Of a stretch of DNA of 54,769 bases, positions 39,498 through 49,024 are shown in pieces. The notes below the pieces were generated by a model. The model made no database searches, was not told where the DNA came from, and was given only the letters and a program-made list of their open reading frames with translations. How positions within the stretch are numbered: position 1 is the stretch's first letter; every line of letters begins with the position of its first letter. The DNA is taken from contig CAYIOP010000005.1 in assembly GCA_964365185.1 (NCBI GenBank), positions 1-54,769 on the forward strand. The letters are read 5' to 3'. This stretch comes from an uncultured Candidatus Saccharibacteria bacterium. GTDB taxonomy: Bacteria; Patescibacteriota; Minisyncoccia; UBA6257; 2-01-FULL-56-20. Position numbers and translations under genes: made by a program.

Positions 39498-39510
39498 CAG
39501 AAGTATTTAA

Positions 39511-39574
39511 GCAGGCGATAGTGCCGTACCAAGCTTTGCTTTGGTATCGGTGTTCGATCCCTGCCGGACCGACA
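39511..39574 (+). pseudogene. tRNA 3'-half relic interrupted by a palindrome
   Basis: GCAG..[GCCGTACCAA..TTGGTATCGGT]..GTTCGATCCCTGCCGGACCGACA. Confidence 0.5.
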
Positions 39575-39637
39575 ATATTTAAAGATCTCCCCAAGGGATA
39601 TTTTTAGAAATGAGCTATAATTTAGGTAAATTTTAAA

Positions 39638-41422
39638 ATGGCCAATCAAGAACTTTTGGATTATTTGAAACAGTTTTTAAAAAATGGCCAGAGTTTAGAG
39701 GTGATAAAAGAAAAGCTTTTGGGCATTGGTTGGAGCGAGGCGGATATTAACGCGGCGATTTCAGAACTTAATTTACTGAAGCCCGGAGAAGAATCGAGGT
39801 CAGTAGTTCAAACTGGGGTTAGGACCCCAAATGTTTTAGGGGCGGAATCAACCCCCGCTCATTCTAAGCTGGGAAAAATTTTAAGTTTAGTGGTGGCGAT
39901 TTTAATTTTGGGCGGCGGTGGAGCTTACGCCTATTATTTTTATTCAGGTGAGTCGCCGAATGACATTTTAAGAGAGGCAGTTTTAAATACGCTTGAAGTT
40001 AAAAGTTCAGAGGTAAGCGGTAAAATAAATTTAGTTTACGAGGGAGTGCTCGCTTCAATATTTGGGGGAGCTGGTGAAGGCGAGAAAGTAAATTTCAATT
40101 TAAATTTTGTCGGCCAGAATGATTCGAGCGACGTAAAAAATTTGAAGGCCTTGTATGAATTAAAATTAGGATTTGGAGTGCAGGATTTTTTGAACTTTCA
40201 ATTTGCCGCGGATGTGATGGTTGCAGGGAATGTGGTTTATTTAAAGCCCAAAAATCTTGATAGCATCGCGACCTGGTTTGGGCTTATGGGAAGTGAAGTG
40301 GATTTGAGCTCGTTTGATAATAAATGGATTAAAATTGAAACGAAAGATTTAGAGCAGCTTCCTTTAAGTAATGGCTTGATGTTAAAAGATAATCCCTTTC
40401 GAGTGGTTTTAGGCCAGAGGCCGACGTTGGCTTTTACTGCCGGAACTTTGGGCGGGGTGGATTTTAACCAAGATGACACCGAGAAAATAAAATCGATCTT
40501 GCGAGATAATCAATTTTATTTGGTTCAGGAAAAATTAGAAGACGAGCAGATAGATGGGGAGGCGGCCTATCATTTTAGAATCGGCGTGAATTTGCCAATT
40601 CTTAAAAAGAGTTTAGTTGAATTGAACGATTTTATTTACTCGAAAATGAATCTAAGTGATGAAGAGAAAAGCGCCAGTTTGGCGGAGATGGATGATTTTT
40701 TGGCTAATAATTCGAAATATTTGAAATTTAGAACCCACGAGATTTGGGTTACAAAAAATTCTAAATTTATTAAGAAGGCGGCGTTGGGAGTTGATTTTAT
40801 GATTCCTGAGAGTGGCGATGTTATGGAGGTGGATTTGGAAGTCGTCAATTCTAAATTCAATGAGTTCGTAACTCTAGAAGAACCTAAGGACGCTTTGTCT
40901 TTTGAGGATTTGTTGGCTGATTTTTTTGGAACTAATTTAGGTAATTCTGGATTATTGGGCCAAAGTAGAGATTCAACTCGGATATCTGATTTAGCAACCC
41001 TTAAGAGCGCCATTTCTTTGTATTTAGCTGATGTGTCGAAACCATCTATTTGTGATGGTAAGAATTATATTTACAGTTCAACTTTAATTAAACCGCCAAC
41101 TGGATGGAAAATCGGAAAGAACTCTGGAAGTAAGGCCGTGGATGGAACTGGTTGGATTCCTGTTAATTTGGAGGAGGTTTCTTCTGGCTCTCCAATCGCT
41201 GAAATGCGTTTGGATCCAGTTAACAATTCTTCTAAGAAACAGGTTTATCTTTTCGCGTGCGATCCGAAAACTTTCGAATTTGAACTCAATACCCGTTTTG
41301 AGAGCGAAAAATTTATAACGGGTTATGCGAAAGACGGTGGAGATGACCCGGCAATTTATGAGACAGGAACTTCTTTGGGATTCAAACTTATTCCCAAAGG
41401 TTTTTGGGATAATTCTTTTTAG
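39638..41422 (+). CDS. Membrane-anchored protein with C-terminal type IV pilin-like domain
   Basis: Shared N-terminal module, TM, beta-rich middle, SRDSTRISDLATLKSAISLYLAD, DPVN, FELNTRFES. Confidence 0.75.
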   Translation: MANQELLDYLKQFLKNGQSLEVIKEKLLGIGWSEADINAAISELNLLKPGEESRSVVQTGVRTPNVLGAESTPAHSKLGKILSLVVAILILGGGGAYAYYFYSGESPNDILREAVLNTLEVKSSEVSGKINLVYEGVLASIFGGAGEGEKVNFNLNFVGQNDSSDVKNLKALYELKLGFGVQDFLNFQFAADVMVAGNVVYLKPKNLDSIATWFGLMGSEVDLSSFDNKWIKIETKDLEQLPLSNGLMLKDNPFRVVLGQRPTLAFTAGTLGGVDFNQDDTEKIKSILRDNQFYLVQEKLEDEQIDGEAAYHFRIGVNLPILKKSLVELNDFIYSKMNLSDEEKSASLAEMDDFLANNSKYLKFRTHEIWVTKNSKFIKKAALGVDFMIPESGDVMEVDLEVVNSKFNEFVTLEEPKDALSFEDLLADFFGTNLGNSGLLGQSRDSTRISDLATLKSAISLYLADVSKPSICDGKNYIYSSTLIKPPTGWKIGKNSGSKAVDGTGWIPVNLEEVSSGSPIAEMRLDPVNNSSKKQVYLFACDPKTFEFELNTRFESEKFITGYAKDGGDDPAIYETGTSLGFKLIPKGFWDNSF

Positions 41423-43257
41423 GCCGCAACCAGTTTAATCTTAAAAGGTTTTAGGAGGTTATAAAATTCCTCTTGCTCCAAAGTTTCTTTTTCAAGCAGG
41501 GTTTGGGCGATTTTTTTAAGCGCTTGTTTATTGGTCTTGACGATTTTTTGAGCTAGTTCGTAGGCATGAGTGATGAATTTTTTAATTTCTTCGTCAATTT
41601 GAGTGGCGGTTTTGTCGGAGTAGTTTTTTTCAGTGGCGATTTCTCGGCCCAAAAAGATAAGTTCTTCGGTGTTGCCAAAAGTCATTGGGCCTAAGGCTTC
41701 GCTCATGCCATAGCGAGTGACGAGTTTGCGAGCGAGTTCTGAGGCCTCTTTTAGGTCATTGGAGGCGCCGGTTGAGATATCGTTGAAAGTAGATTGTTCG
41801 GCCGCAAAACCGCCCATCATCACCGCTAGTTCGTTTAAGAATTGGGATCGGGTGCGAAGGCGGCGTTCTTCAATTGGGAGTTTTAGGGTGTAACCGCCAG
41901 CCATGCCGCGGCTGATGATGGTGACTTTATGAACTGGGTCGGAGTCCTTGAGGGAGGCGGAGACAACAGCGTGGCCAGCTTCGTGATAGGCGACAATTTC
42001 TTTTTCTTTTTGCACGATAACTCGACCGCGACGTTCAGGTCCCAAGAGTACTTTTTCGATTGATTCAAATAAATCGTCTTGGAGAACAATTTTTTGGTTT
42101 TTGCGGGCGGCGAGGATGGCGGCTTCATTAAATAAATTAGCTAGGTCGGCGCCGGAGAAACCAGGGGTGCGAGCCGCCACTTTTTTTAAATCCACATTTT
42201 TGTCGAGCGGTTTGCCTTGGCTGTGAATTTTTAAAATTTCCTCTCGGTCGTTTAAATCCGGTAAATCTAAAATAACGCGGCGATCAAATCGGCCGGGTCG
42301 AAGCAGGGCGGGGTCTAAGACGTCTGGACGGTTGGTGGCGGCTAAAACAATAATGCGGGATTCGCGGTCAAAGCCGTCAAGCTCCACCAGAATTTGATTT
42401 AGGGTTTGTTCGCGTTCATCATTGCCGCCGCCCAAGCCCGCGCCGCGTTGACGGCCGACAGCGTCGATTTCATCAATAAAAAGAATAGAGGGAGAGGCCT
42501 TTTTGGCAGTAGAGAAGGCGTCCCTAATACGAGCGGCGCCGACGCCGACAAACATCTCCACAAATTCTGAGGCGGAGACATGGAAAAAAGGAACATTGCT
42601 TTCGCCAGCTACTGCTCGAGCAAGAAGTGTTTTACCAGTGCCGGGGAGACCGACTAAGAGTACACCTCGGGGAATTTTGGCGCCTAGGTCAAGGAATTTT
42701 TTGGGGTTTTTTAAGAATTCAACCACTTCTATCAACTCTTCTTTAGCTTCTTTTAATCCAGCCACATCTTTAAAGAGAATTTTTTCTTTGCCAAAGATGG
42801 AGAGGCGAATAGTGGAGCGGCCAAAGTTGAAGGCCTGGTTAACGCCGGTTTTGGCTTGGCGAAACATCATCCAGAAAATAAAACCAATAATTAAGATGGG
42901 TAAAAGAGCAGGAATTAAGATGCCAGCCCAGAATTGCCAACCTGATTGTTCTTTAATGTTTAAGGCCACTTTTTGAAGGGCCGTGGTTTCAACGCCTAGA
43001 TTTTTTAGAGTATCAGTGAATCCGGTGCCACCTTCTTTTTTAGAGAGGCCCTTGGTTTTGTCTTGAAATTCTATTTTTAATTCTTCACCCGAGACCTCGA
43101 TTTGAGTAACTTCGCCGGCATTAATTTTTGCAGCCAGCTCATTTAAACTAACGGCTCTTGGGGTTTCTTTTTTTTCCATAAAAACGGAAAAAAGAAGAGA
43201 GATAATAATTAAAGTGGCGATGGTCCAGAGAACGTGTTTATAAAAATTATTAGTCAT
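41419..43257 (-). CDS. ftsH: ATP-dependent zinc metalloprotease FtsH
   Basis: 2 [32 protein letters not shown]. Confidence 0.98.
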   Translation of the reverse strand: MTNNFYKHVLWTIATLIIISLLFSVFMEKKETPRAVSLNELAAKINAGEVTQIEVSGEELKIEFQDKTKGLSKKEGGTGFTDTLKNLGVETTALQKVALNIKEQSGWQFWAGILIPALLPILIIGFIFWMMFRQAKTGVNQAFNFGRSTIRLSIFGKEKILFKDVAGLKEAKEELIEVVEFLKNPKKFLDLGAKIPRGVLLVGLPGTGKTLLARAVAGESNVPFFHVSASEFVEMFVGVGAARIRDAFSTAKKASPSILFIDEIDAVGRQRGAGLGGGNDEREQTLNQILVELDGFDRESRIIVLAATNRPDVLDPALLRPGRFDRRVILDLPDLNDREEILKIHSQGKPLDKNVDLKKVAARTPGFSGADLANLFNEAAILAARKNQKIVLQDDLFESIEKVLLGPERRGRVIVQKEKEIVAYHEAGHAVVSASLKDSDPVHKVTIISRGMAGGYTLKLPIEERRLRTRSQFLNELAVMMGGFAAEQSTFNDISTGASNDLKEASELARKLVTRYGMSEALGPMTFGNTEELIFLGREIATEKNYSDKTATQIDEEIKKFITHAYELAQKIVKTNKQALKKIAQTLLEKETLEQEEFYNLLKPFKIKLVAA

Positions 43258-43310
43258 AAGGGTCTTAAGATTTTAAACAAAAAAATGATTTTTGGAAAGG
43301 GGGTAAAATT

Positions 43311-43472
43311 TTAAAGAATCCATATCGTTTCGCTATCACTTAAGTCCCCAGCGAGGACTTTCGTTGGCATAAAATCTTGCTCTCCTTCGGAACCGTGCCC
43401 GCCCCGCCTACGCCGAAAGCTTCGGCGGGCAGGTCGATTTTATAGCCGCGCGAAAATATATGGATTCTTTAA
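43311..43472. repeat. Structured intergenic element, divergent copy 4, with a nested REP-like palindrome
   Basis: 15-bp terminal IR; AAGTCC-CCAGCGA-GGACTT hairpin; ACCGTGC; nested palindrome 43402-43433. Confidence 0.6.
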
Positions 43473-43494
43473 TTAAATTAAGTGGAGTTTATTC

Positions 43495-43773
43495 CTAGGT
43501 AAGTTTTTCTTGAACTTCTCCATCTAGTTTTTCAAATTCTTCGGTGATAAGTTTAGAAAAACCGGGAATTTTGGTTTTAAGGAAAGAATCAATGGCAATG
43601 GCATCTTGGCTTTCAGCGAGTTTTTCAAATTCAATTCGGTCGGACGGATTTAATTTATCGTAAATTTTCAAAATAAGGCGGCCAGATAGGGAATCAACAA
43701 CTTTGGCTAAAATATTGATTTTAGCTTTGGGGTCGGTATTCTCTTGGTTTAAGATTTGAGTGATGTGGCTCAT
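43495..43773 (-). CDS. Hypothetical small helical protein
   Basis: 92-aa ORF directly downstream of the 1078-aa gene. Confidence 0.7.
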   Translation of the reverse strand: MSHITQILNQENTDPKAKINILAKVVDSLSGRLILKIYDKLNPSDRIEFEKLAESQDAIAIDSFLKTKIPGFSKLITEEFEKLDGEVQEKLT

Positions 43774-43792
43774 AGCAAAGTGTGTTAAATAA

Positions 43793-46700
43793 TTATTTTT
43801 CGAAAGAATGAAGAATTTGGTCGACGGTCATATTTTCATCCAGTTCAGGGTGTTCTTGGAGAATTTTTTCTAATTCAACAGCGAGGTTACCGAGTGGACC
43901 TAATATTTTGTGATTGCTGCCATAATGCTTTTTGTAGGTGTGTATAAATCCGCTGGCCGAACCGCCATTAACGGTTCCATGTGTTTCATAATATCTTTGG
44001 TCGAGTCCAACTTTCTTTAAAATTTGATTGATGCTTTTTCCACTGGTAGTTTCTTTTTGTGATTCTCGGCCGCTAATTGAAGATTGATCTTGGGTTTCTT
44101 CGCCGGCGCGGATGAATTGATCGGGATGAGCTAAGCTGTCGGTTGTGCGGTCTAATTGTTCTTGTAGTTTTCTATTTTCTTCTCTTAATTGCTTTGCCAG
44201 ATCTAAGGTTTGGCGCATAAGAGTTTTGGCTTCTTCGGATATTCCTGGAGTATCGTTGGTTTCAGTTTCTCCTTGATAATCGTCTTCTTCTGATAAATCC
44301 TCTTCTTGAACTTGAGCCGCGTCTATTTTTTCAGTTGTGTCCAGAGTAGGAATGGGTTTGGTGAATAAACTATCAATTTTGTCTGGAACGGTAAATTGAG
44401 GCGCGCCGGTGTCAGGGGGAGTAGCCGGTTCTTTGTCTTTTTCTTCTTTTTTATCCTTTTCAAAGAAAGAGTTCCAAATTTCTTTTTTGGATTTAAGTCC
44501 AAATGGAGTAAGAATACTGGCTATAACAAGTGGGAGGATAACTTTTCGAAATTTTTTATTTTTATACCACTTTTCTTTTTCCGGAGGTAACCCCGGAATA
44601 TTCTCTGGGGTTGCCGGCGTTTTTTCTCCGGTTGCTGTTGGTTGTTTTTCGAGGGTTTCTTTTTTAAATAATTCGGGGCTGGTTTTTAGATTTTCCTCCC
44701 ACTTTTCTTTGGTCCAGTTAATTTTGGATTCTTTAGTTGTTCCGCTGATTACTCCTATTTCAGCCATTCTTTCTAGATATTTTTTAATTTCTTTTTTATC
44801 AATGCCCGGTAGTTCGTGTTCTATGTTCCTAAGATCAATAGCTTGGTACTTGATAATAGTTTCTATGGCTTTGACGAAATCTTCATCTAACTCGAACTTT
44901 TCCGGACTAGTTGTTGTTTCTATGATTTCTGTGATCGGGAGGGGTTGGGGTGGCTCGGCTATAACTTCTGGCACCGGAGGTGGAGTTATAGTTTCGACCG
45001 CGTTTGTTTTGAGTTTAATTTCGCCGGAGATAACTTTTTCTTCAAAAGTATCGATAAGTTCTTCTTGATAAATATCTTTTATGATTCTATCTAGTTCGGA
45101 TTCGAATTGATGGTATTTGCCTTTTGGGTTTTTGAATTCATCTAATTTTTCATTAGCAGTGAAGTGAAATTCTGCGCCTAGAGGGAGTTCCCTAAGGGCG
45201 TTTCTTAAATTATGATAATTAGAGACGGTTTTTGTTTTCTCCCCTTGATCGGAAACATACGTGATTTTATAAGCAATTTCGAATTCATCGGGGTCGATGC
45301 CTTTTGATTTTAGATACCCGTAAATCGGATCTTCAGAATCTTTAAGAGATTCGTATCGGGGTTTATTAAATTGCGCTAGAATCGATTCGTATTTTTTTTG
45401 ATTTCCTTCGATCCATCTTTCATGAAATGTATGATCGCTTACTGGCGGTATATTATTTTGGCGATAAAAACTATCTTTGAAAGCCGATTCATTTTTTATG
45501 CCGATGTTTCTTAATTGTTTTGATAATTCTGAATCTCCATAAGATTGATTGCCTCCTTTGGCTATTAGAATATAGAGCATTCTTTTGTCTAGGCCCAATT
45601 TTTCAGCTATTTCAAGGGCGCGTTTATTTTGTTCTTCTTCGTTTAGGTCTTTGATGAATTCTGGAGTTAGGGGTTCTGGTTCTAGCTTAGATATAACTTC
45701 TGCTGTGTCAGTTTTTCTTATTGAATTTTTCTCAAGCTGATCAATTTCTTCTTTCAATATTTTTTCTACGTCGTCGTCGATTGGGTTTAATTTTTCAGCG
45801 TTTTTATCCGCAGAAGTTTTTTCTGCTGTTTGAAGTTTTTGGTCGTCGAAATTTATTTTAATATTTTCGTCTTCTTTTATAATAAGTCCGGCTTGGAGTG
45901 CTTTTTCTATTAGATTATCCACATCTTCACTAAGATTAGTTTGTTTAAGAGTTTCAGTGAATTTTTCAAGAGGTAGAACAGTTCCCTTTTTTCTGTAAAA
46001 TGCGGCGGTCAGGCCGGCGAATTGCTGAAGTTTTTCGTTTTTTAGTACTTCAGTAAAGTCGGGTTGCGTTTCAGTTGCTTCCCGTGCTTCTGGGTTAGAT
46101 TTTGAAAATTCTGCTAATTGTTTTTTTGTCCGTAAAATTGGACGCTCTTTTCCATCCCAGGGGCCGATAATTCCCATCTGAGTCATTTTTGCAATCATTG
46201 TGTCAGCTTCTAGTTGAGAGAGTTTGAGTTTTTCTTCCAGCAAATACGGGGCAGCAACTTTAAGTTCTAGGATGGTTTTAATACTCTCAACTAATCTAGG
46301 GTCTTCATCAGATATTTCAGCGTTAGTTTTTTTTGTCTCGATTGGTTCGGAAATAACTTCTTCCGTTGTCTGTTTTTTTTGGGGTTGAGGTTCTTGGCTT
46401 TCGGCAGAATCAGCGGGCGTTTCTTTTGATGTTGCCACTAATAATTTATCTATTTCTTTTTGAGATAGTATTTTTGGCGTTCCAGTTTCTATTTTTGAAA
46501 CAGGAAGTTGTTTGGATGTAGTAGGGGTTGTTGTTTCTTGTTCTACATCAATTTTTTTTCTATACTGTGCCTCCAAATCAGGATAGTCAGCGAGAAGTTC
46601 GGGATCTACTGGACGACCATCGCGTAAAGCTTCCTGTACTCTTGCTTTCGCCGCCTGCGTATATCTTTGCACATGCTTTAATTCTAATAGTTCTTTTTCT

Positions 46701-47029
46701 TCTTGATCTTTGCGGAGACGAGCTTCTTCCGCTTCTTTAAGAAATTGATTTTTTTCAGATTTTTGTTCAGTTTTTTTCGGCGTTCCTTCTTTCCATTCGT
46801 TAAAATTATTCTTATTCCATAAAACTTCGTTGCCGCTATCACTGATAACGTTCATTCGTTTCATTTGGTCTATTAAATTTTGGGCTTCGTTTTGAGGAAT
46901 ATTAAATGATCGTCCCAAACCAAAGGCAGTAGGAACTTCACGAATACTTACGGTATGATCTATTACTCTGATAAGATTTTTATCAAGTTCTCGATTTTCT
47001 AAATTATGTTGAGGAGGTTTTTCGGACAT
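43793..47029 (-). CDS. Large acidic membrane protein with repeated FtsK-gamma-like winged-helix domains
   Basis: Three D..(L/F)..I..M..(M/I)(G/N)(V/I)I repeats; TM VILPLVIASILTPFGL. Confidence 0.75.
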   Translation of the reverse strand: MSEKPPQHNLENRELDKNLIRVIDHTVSIREVPTAFGLGRSFNIPQNEAQNLIDQMKRMNVISDSGNEVLWNKNNFNEWKEGTPKKTEQKSEKNQFLKEAEEARLRKDQEEKELLELKHVQRYTQAAKARVQEALRDGRPVDPELLADYPDLEAQYRKKIDVEQETTTPTTSKQLPVSKIETGTPKILSQKEIDKLLVATSKETPADSAESQEPQPQKKQTTEEVISEPIETKKTNAEISDEDPRLVESIKTILELKVAAPYLLEEKLKLSQLEADTMIAKMTQMGIIGPWDGKERPILRTKKQLAEFSKSNPEAREATETQPDFTEVLKNEKLQQFAGLTAAFYRKKGTVLPLEKFTETLKQTNLSEDVDNLIEKALQAGLIIKEDENIKINFDDQKLQTAEKTSADKNAEKLNPIDDDVEKILKEEIDQLEKNSIRKTDTAEVISKLEPEPLTPEFIKDLNEEEQNKRALEIAEKLGLDKRMLYILIAKGGNQSYGDSELSKQLRNIGIKNESAFKDSFYRQNNIPPVSDHTFHERWIEGNQKKYESILAQFNKPRYESLKDSEDPIYGYLKSKGIDPDEFEIAYKITYVSDQGEKTKTVSNYHNLRNALRELPLGAEFHFTANEKLDEFKNPKGKYHQFESELDRIIKDIYQEELIDTFEEKVISGEIKLKTNAVETITPPPVPEVIAEPPQPLPITEIIETTTSPEKFELDEDFVKAIETIIKYQAIDLRNIEHELPGIDKKEIKKYLERMAEIGVISGTTKESKINWTKEKWEENLKTSPELFKKETLEKQPTATGEKTPATPENIPGLPPEKEKWYKNKKFRKVILPLVIASILTPFGLKSKKEIWNSFFEKDKKEEKDKEPATPPDTGAPQFTVPDKIDSLFTKPIPTLDTTEKIDAAQVQEEDLSEEDDYQGETETNDTPGISEEAKTLMRQTLDLAKQLREENRKLQEQLDRTTDSLAHPDQFIRAGEETQDQSSISGRESQKETTSGKSINQILKKVGLDQRYYETHGTVNGGSASGFIHTYKKHYGSNHKILGPLGNLAVELEKILQEHPELDENMTVDQILHSFEK

Positions 47030-47105
47030 TTTTTATATAAAATTTAGAAATACCCAAATTTCATTGAATCTTTAGAAGGTATAGTTTACATTTAGATTGT
47101 AATAA

Positions 47106-48788
47106 ATGGCGGACTCAAAGGCAAATCCTATTCAGCAGAAAATTACTAAACTTCAGAGAGAGGGTGAGGAGAGGGCGGCAGAACGGTTGGCCGAAGAATT
47201 AAATTTGCCATACGTGAATTTAGGTAGTGCGCCGGTCTCAATTGAGGCCATAAAACTGATTAGAGAAGAAGAGGCAAAAAAGGCGGGCGTGGCGGCGATT
47301 ACGCTTTCTGGCAAACAAGTGGCGCTTGTAGCCAGCAACCCGGAATCGCCTGAGACCAAGAAAATTATTCAGGATTTAGAAAATAAAAAATACCTAGTGA
47401 AGGTATTTGTGAGTTCTTTGTCCGGAATTCGCGAGGCGTGGCATTTCTACCAGTTTTTATTAAGCAAGAGCGACGAAGAAATTACAGGATCAGTGGATAT
47501 TGAAAAGGAACATTTTGAGGAATTTGTGAAAAAATGGGCGAGTTTAGATGAGTTTCGGAAAGAAATGAACGAGGGTGAGTTTGCGAGAATGAAGACTACT
47601 GATTTGGTGGAGATGATACTGGCGCAGGCGATTGCCTCGCGCGCCTCAGATGTTCATTTTGAGGCTTTAGAAGGAAAGTCAAAAATAAGATTTAGAATTG
47701 ACGGCATTTTACATGACGTTATCGATAATTTGCCGATTAAAAATTATATTAATTTAATTTCGAGAATTAAACTTCTTTCCTCGATGAAGATTAATGTAAG
47801 AGGCACGCCGCAAGACGGCAGGTTTACGATTCATTTGGTTCAAAAAGATATAGAAATTAGGGTGTCGGTGATTCCTTCGAGATTTGGAGAGACGATTGTG
47901 ATGAGGATTTTAGACCCGAGTGCGATTGGCGTGGGTTTACCGGAGTTGGGACTAAGAGAAGATGATTTGAAATTGGTTTACAAACAACTTACAAAACCGA
48001 ACGGGCTGATTTTAAACACCGGGCCAACCGGATCAGGGAAAACCACCACGCTTTACGCTTTTTTGAAATATCTATCCAGTTCAGAGAAAAAAATTATTAC
48101 GATTGAAGATCCGATAGAATACCATTTAGATGGTATTGAACAGACGCAAGTTGATGCAAGCGCGAGTTACACTTTTGATAAAGGACTTCGAGCAATTGTG
48201 CGGCAGGACCCAGATGTGATTTTAGTCGGTGAGATTAGAGATTTAGAGACTGCCGAGATTGCGATGCAGGCGGCTTTAACCGGCCACGTGGTTTTGTCCA
48301 CGCTTCACACCAATGACGCAGTGGGAGCAGTGCCGCGGCTAGTGGATTTAGGAGTAAAGACCGCGACTATCGGGCCGGCGTTGGGACTTATTATCGCGCA
48401 GAGATTGGTGAGGCGATTATGTGATGATTGCAAACAAAAAGCCGAGATGCCCAAAGAAGAAGAATCAAAAATTAAAAAATTTTTAGATAAGTTGCCGTCG
48501 CGGGTCGATCGGCAGAATTTTGCTAAGGGCTTAAATATTTATAAGCCCAAAGGATGTAAGAGTTGTAATAATTTTGGGTTTAGGGGTCGGATAGGGATTT
48601 TTGAATTTTTGGAAGCCGGATCTAAATTTGAAGAAGTTATTTTAGAAGAAGCATCGGAAGTGGCTTTGAAAAAACTAGGAGAAAGCCAAGGGATGGTTAA
48701 GATGCAGGAAGACGGAATTCTCAAAGCGCTTTTGGGAATTACCACTTTCGAGGAAGTGGAAGAAATTACTGGGCCCATAGAATGGTAG
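47106..48788 (+). CDS. Type IV pilus/T2SS assembly ATPase (PilB/GspE family)
   Basis: ASDVHFE, PQDGRF, GPTGSGKTT, TIEDPIEY, RQDPDVILVGEIRD, STLHTN, CxxC pairs. Confidence 0.95.
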   Translation: MADSKANPIQQKITKLQREGEERAAERLAEELNLPYVNLGSAPVSIEAIKLIREEEAKKAGVAAITLSGKQVALVASNPESPETKKIIQDLENKKYLVKVFVSSLSGIREAWHFYQFLLSKSDEEITGSVDIEKEHFEEFVKKWASLDEFRKEMNEGEFARMKTTDLVEMILAQAIASRASDVHFEALEGKSKIRFRIDGILHDVIDNLPIKNYINLISRIKLLSSMKINVRGTPQDGRFTIHLVQKDIEIRVSVIPSRFGETIVMRILDPSAIGVGLPELGLREDDLKLVYKQLTKPNGLILNTGPTGSGKTTTLYAFLKYLSSSEKKIITIEDPIEYHLDGIEQTQVDASASYTFDKGLRAIVRQDPDVILVGEIRDLETAEIAMQAALTGHVVLSTLHTNDAVGAVPRLVDLGVKTATIGPALGLIIAQRLVRRLCDDCKQKAEMPKEEESKIKKFLDKLPSRVDRQNFAKGLNIYKPKGCKSCNNFGFRGRIGIFEFLEAGSKFEEVILEEASEVALKKLGESQGMVKMQEDGILKALLGITTFEEVEEITGPIEW

Positions 48789-48946
48789 CTGCCTTAAATC
48801 TGGGGGCACTCTCGCAAGGAGAGGAGGTCTCTTCTAACAAGTTAAAAGAGGTTATAATTATTCCGAGGATTAGCTTAGCGCGAACCAGGCTGTCCATTGC
48901 TGAGAATAACTACATAAACCCCCAGGTTTAAGGTAACTAATTGAGG
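48786..48946 (-). ncRNA. Candidate multibranch structured ncRNA
   Basis: TTGACA-17-TAAGCT promoter (48980-48952); 21-bp closing stem 48786-48806/48919-48939; inner stems. Confidence 0.5.
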
Positions 48947-49024
48947 CACATAGCTTAGCATAGGATTTTGAGTTTGTCAAGGCCTTGCCTATTTGGGAAT
49001 AACTAAGGAATATATTTAAGTTTG

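Noticed and set aside
39443-39649. 68-aa minus-strand ORF
   Set aside because: Antisense to tRNA-Ile and the tRNA relic
44409-45068. 219-aa plus-strand ORF and similar antisense ORFs inside clp, ileS, hppA, ftsH and rnj
   Set aside because: S/F/L-rich mirror translations of real genes on the other strand
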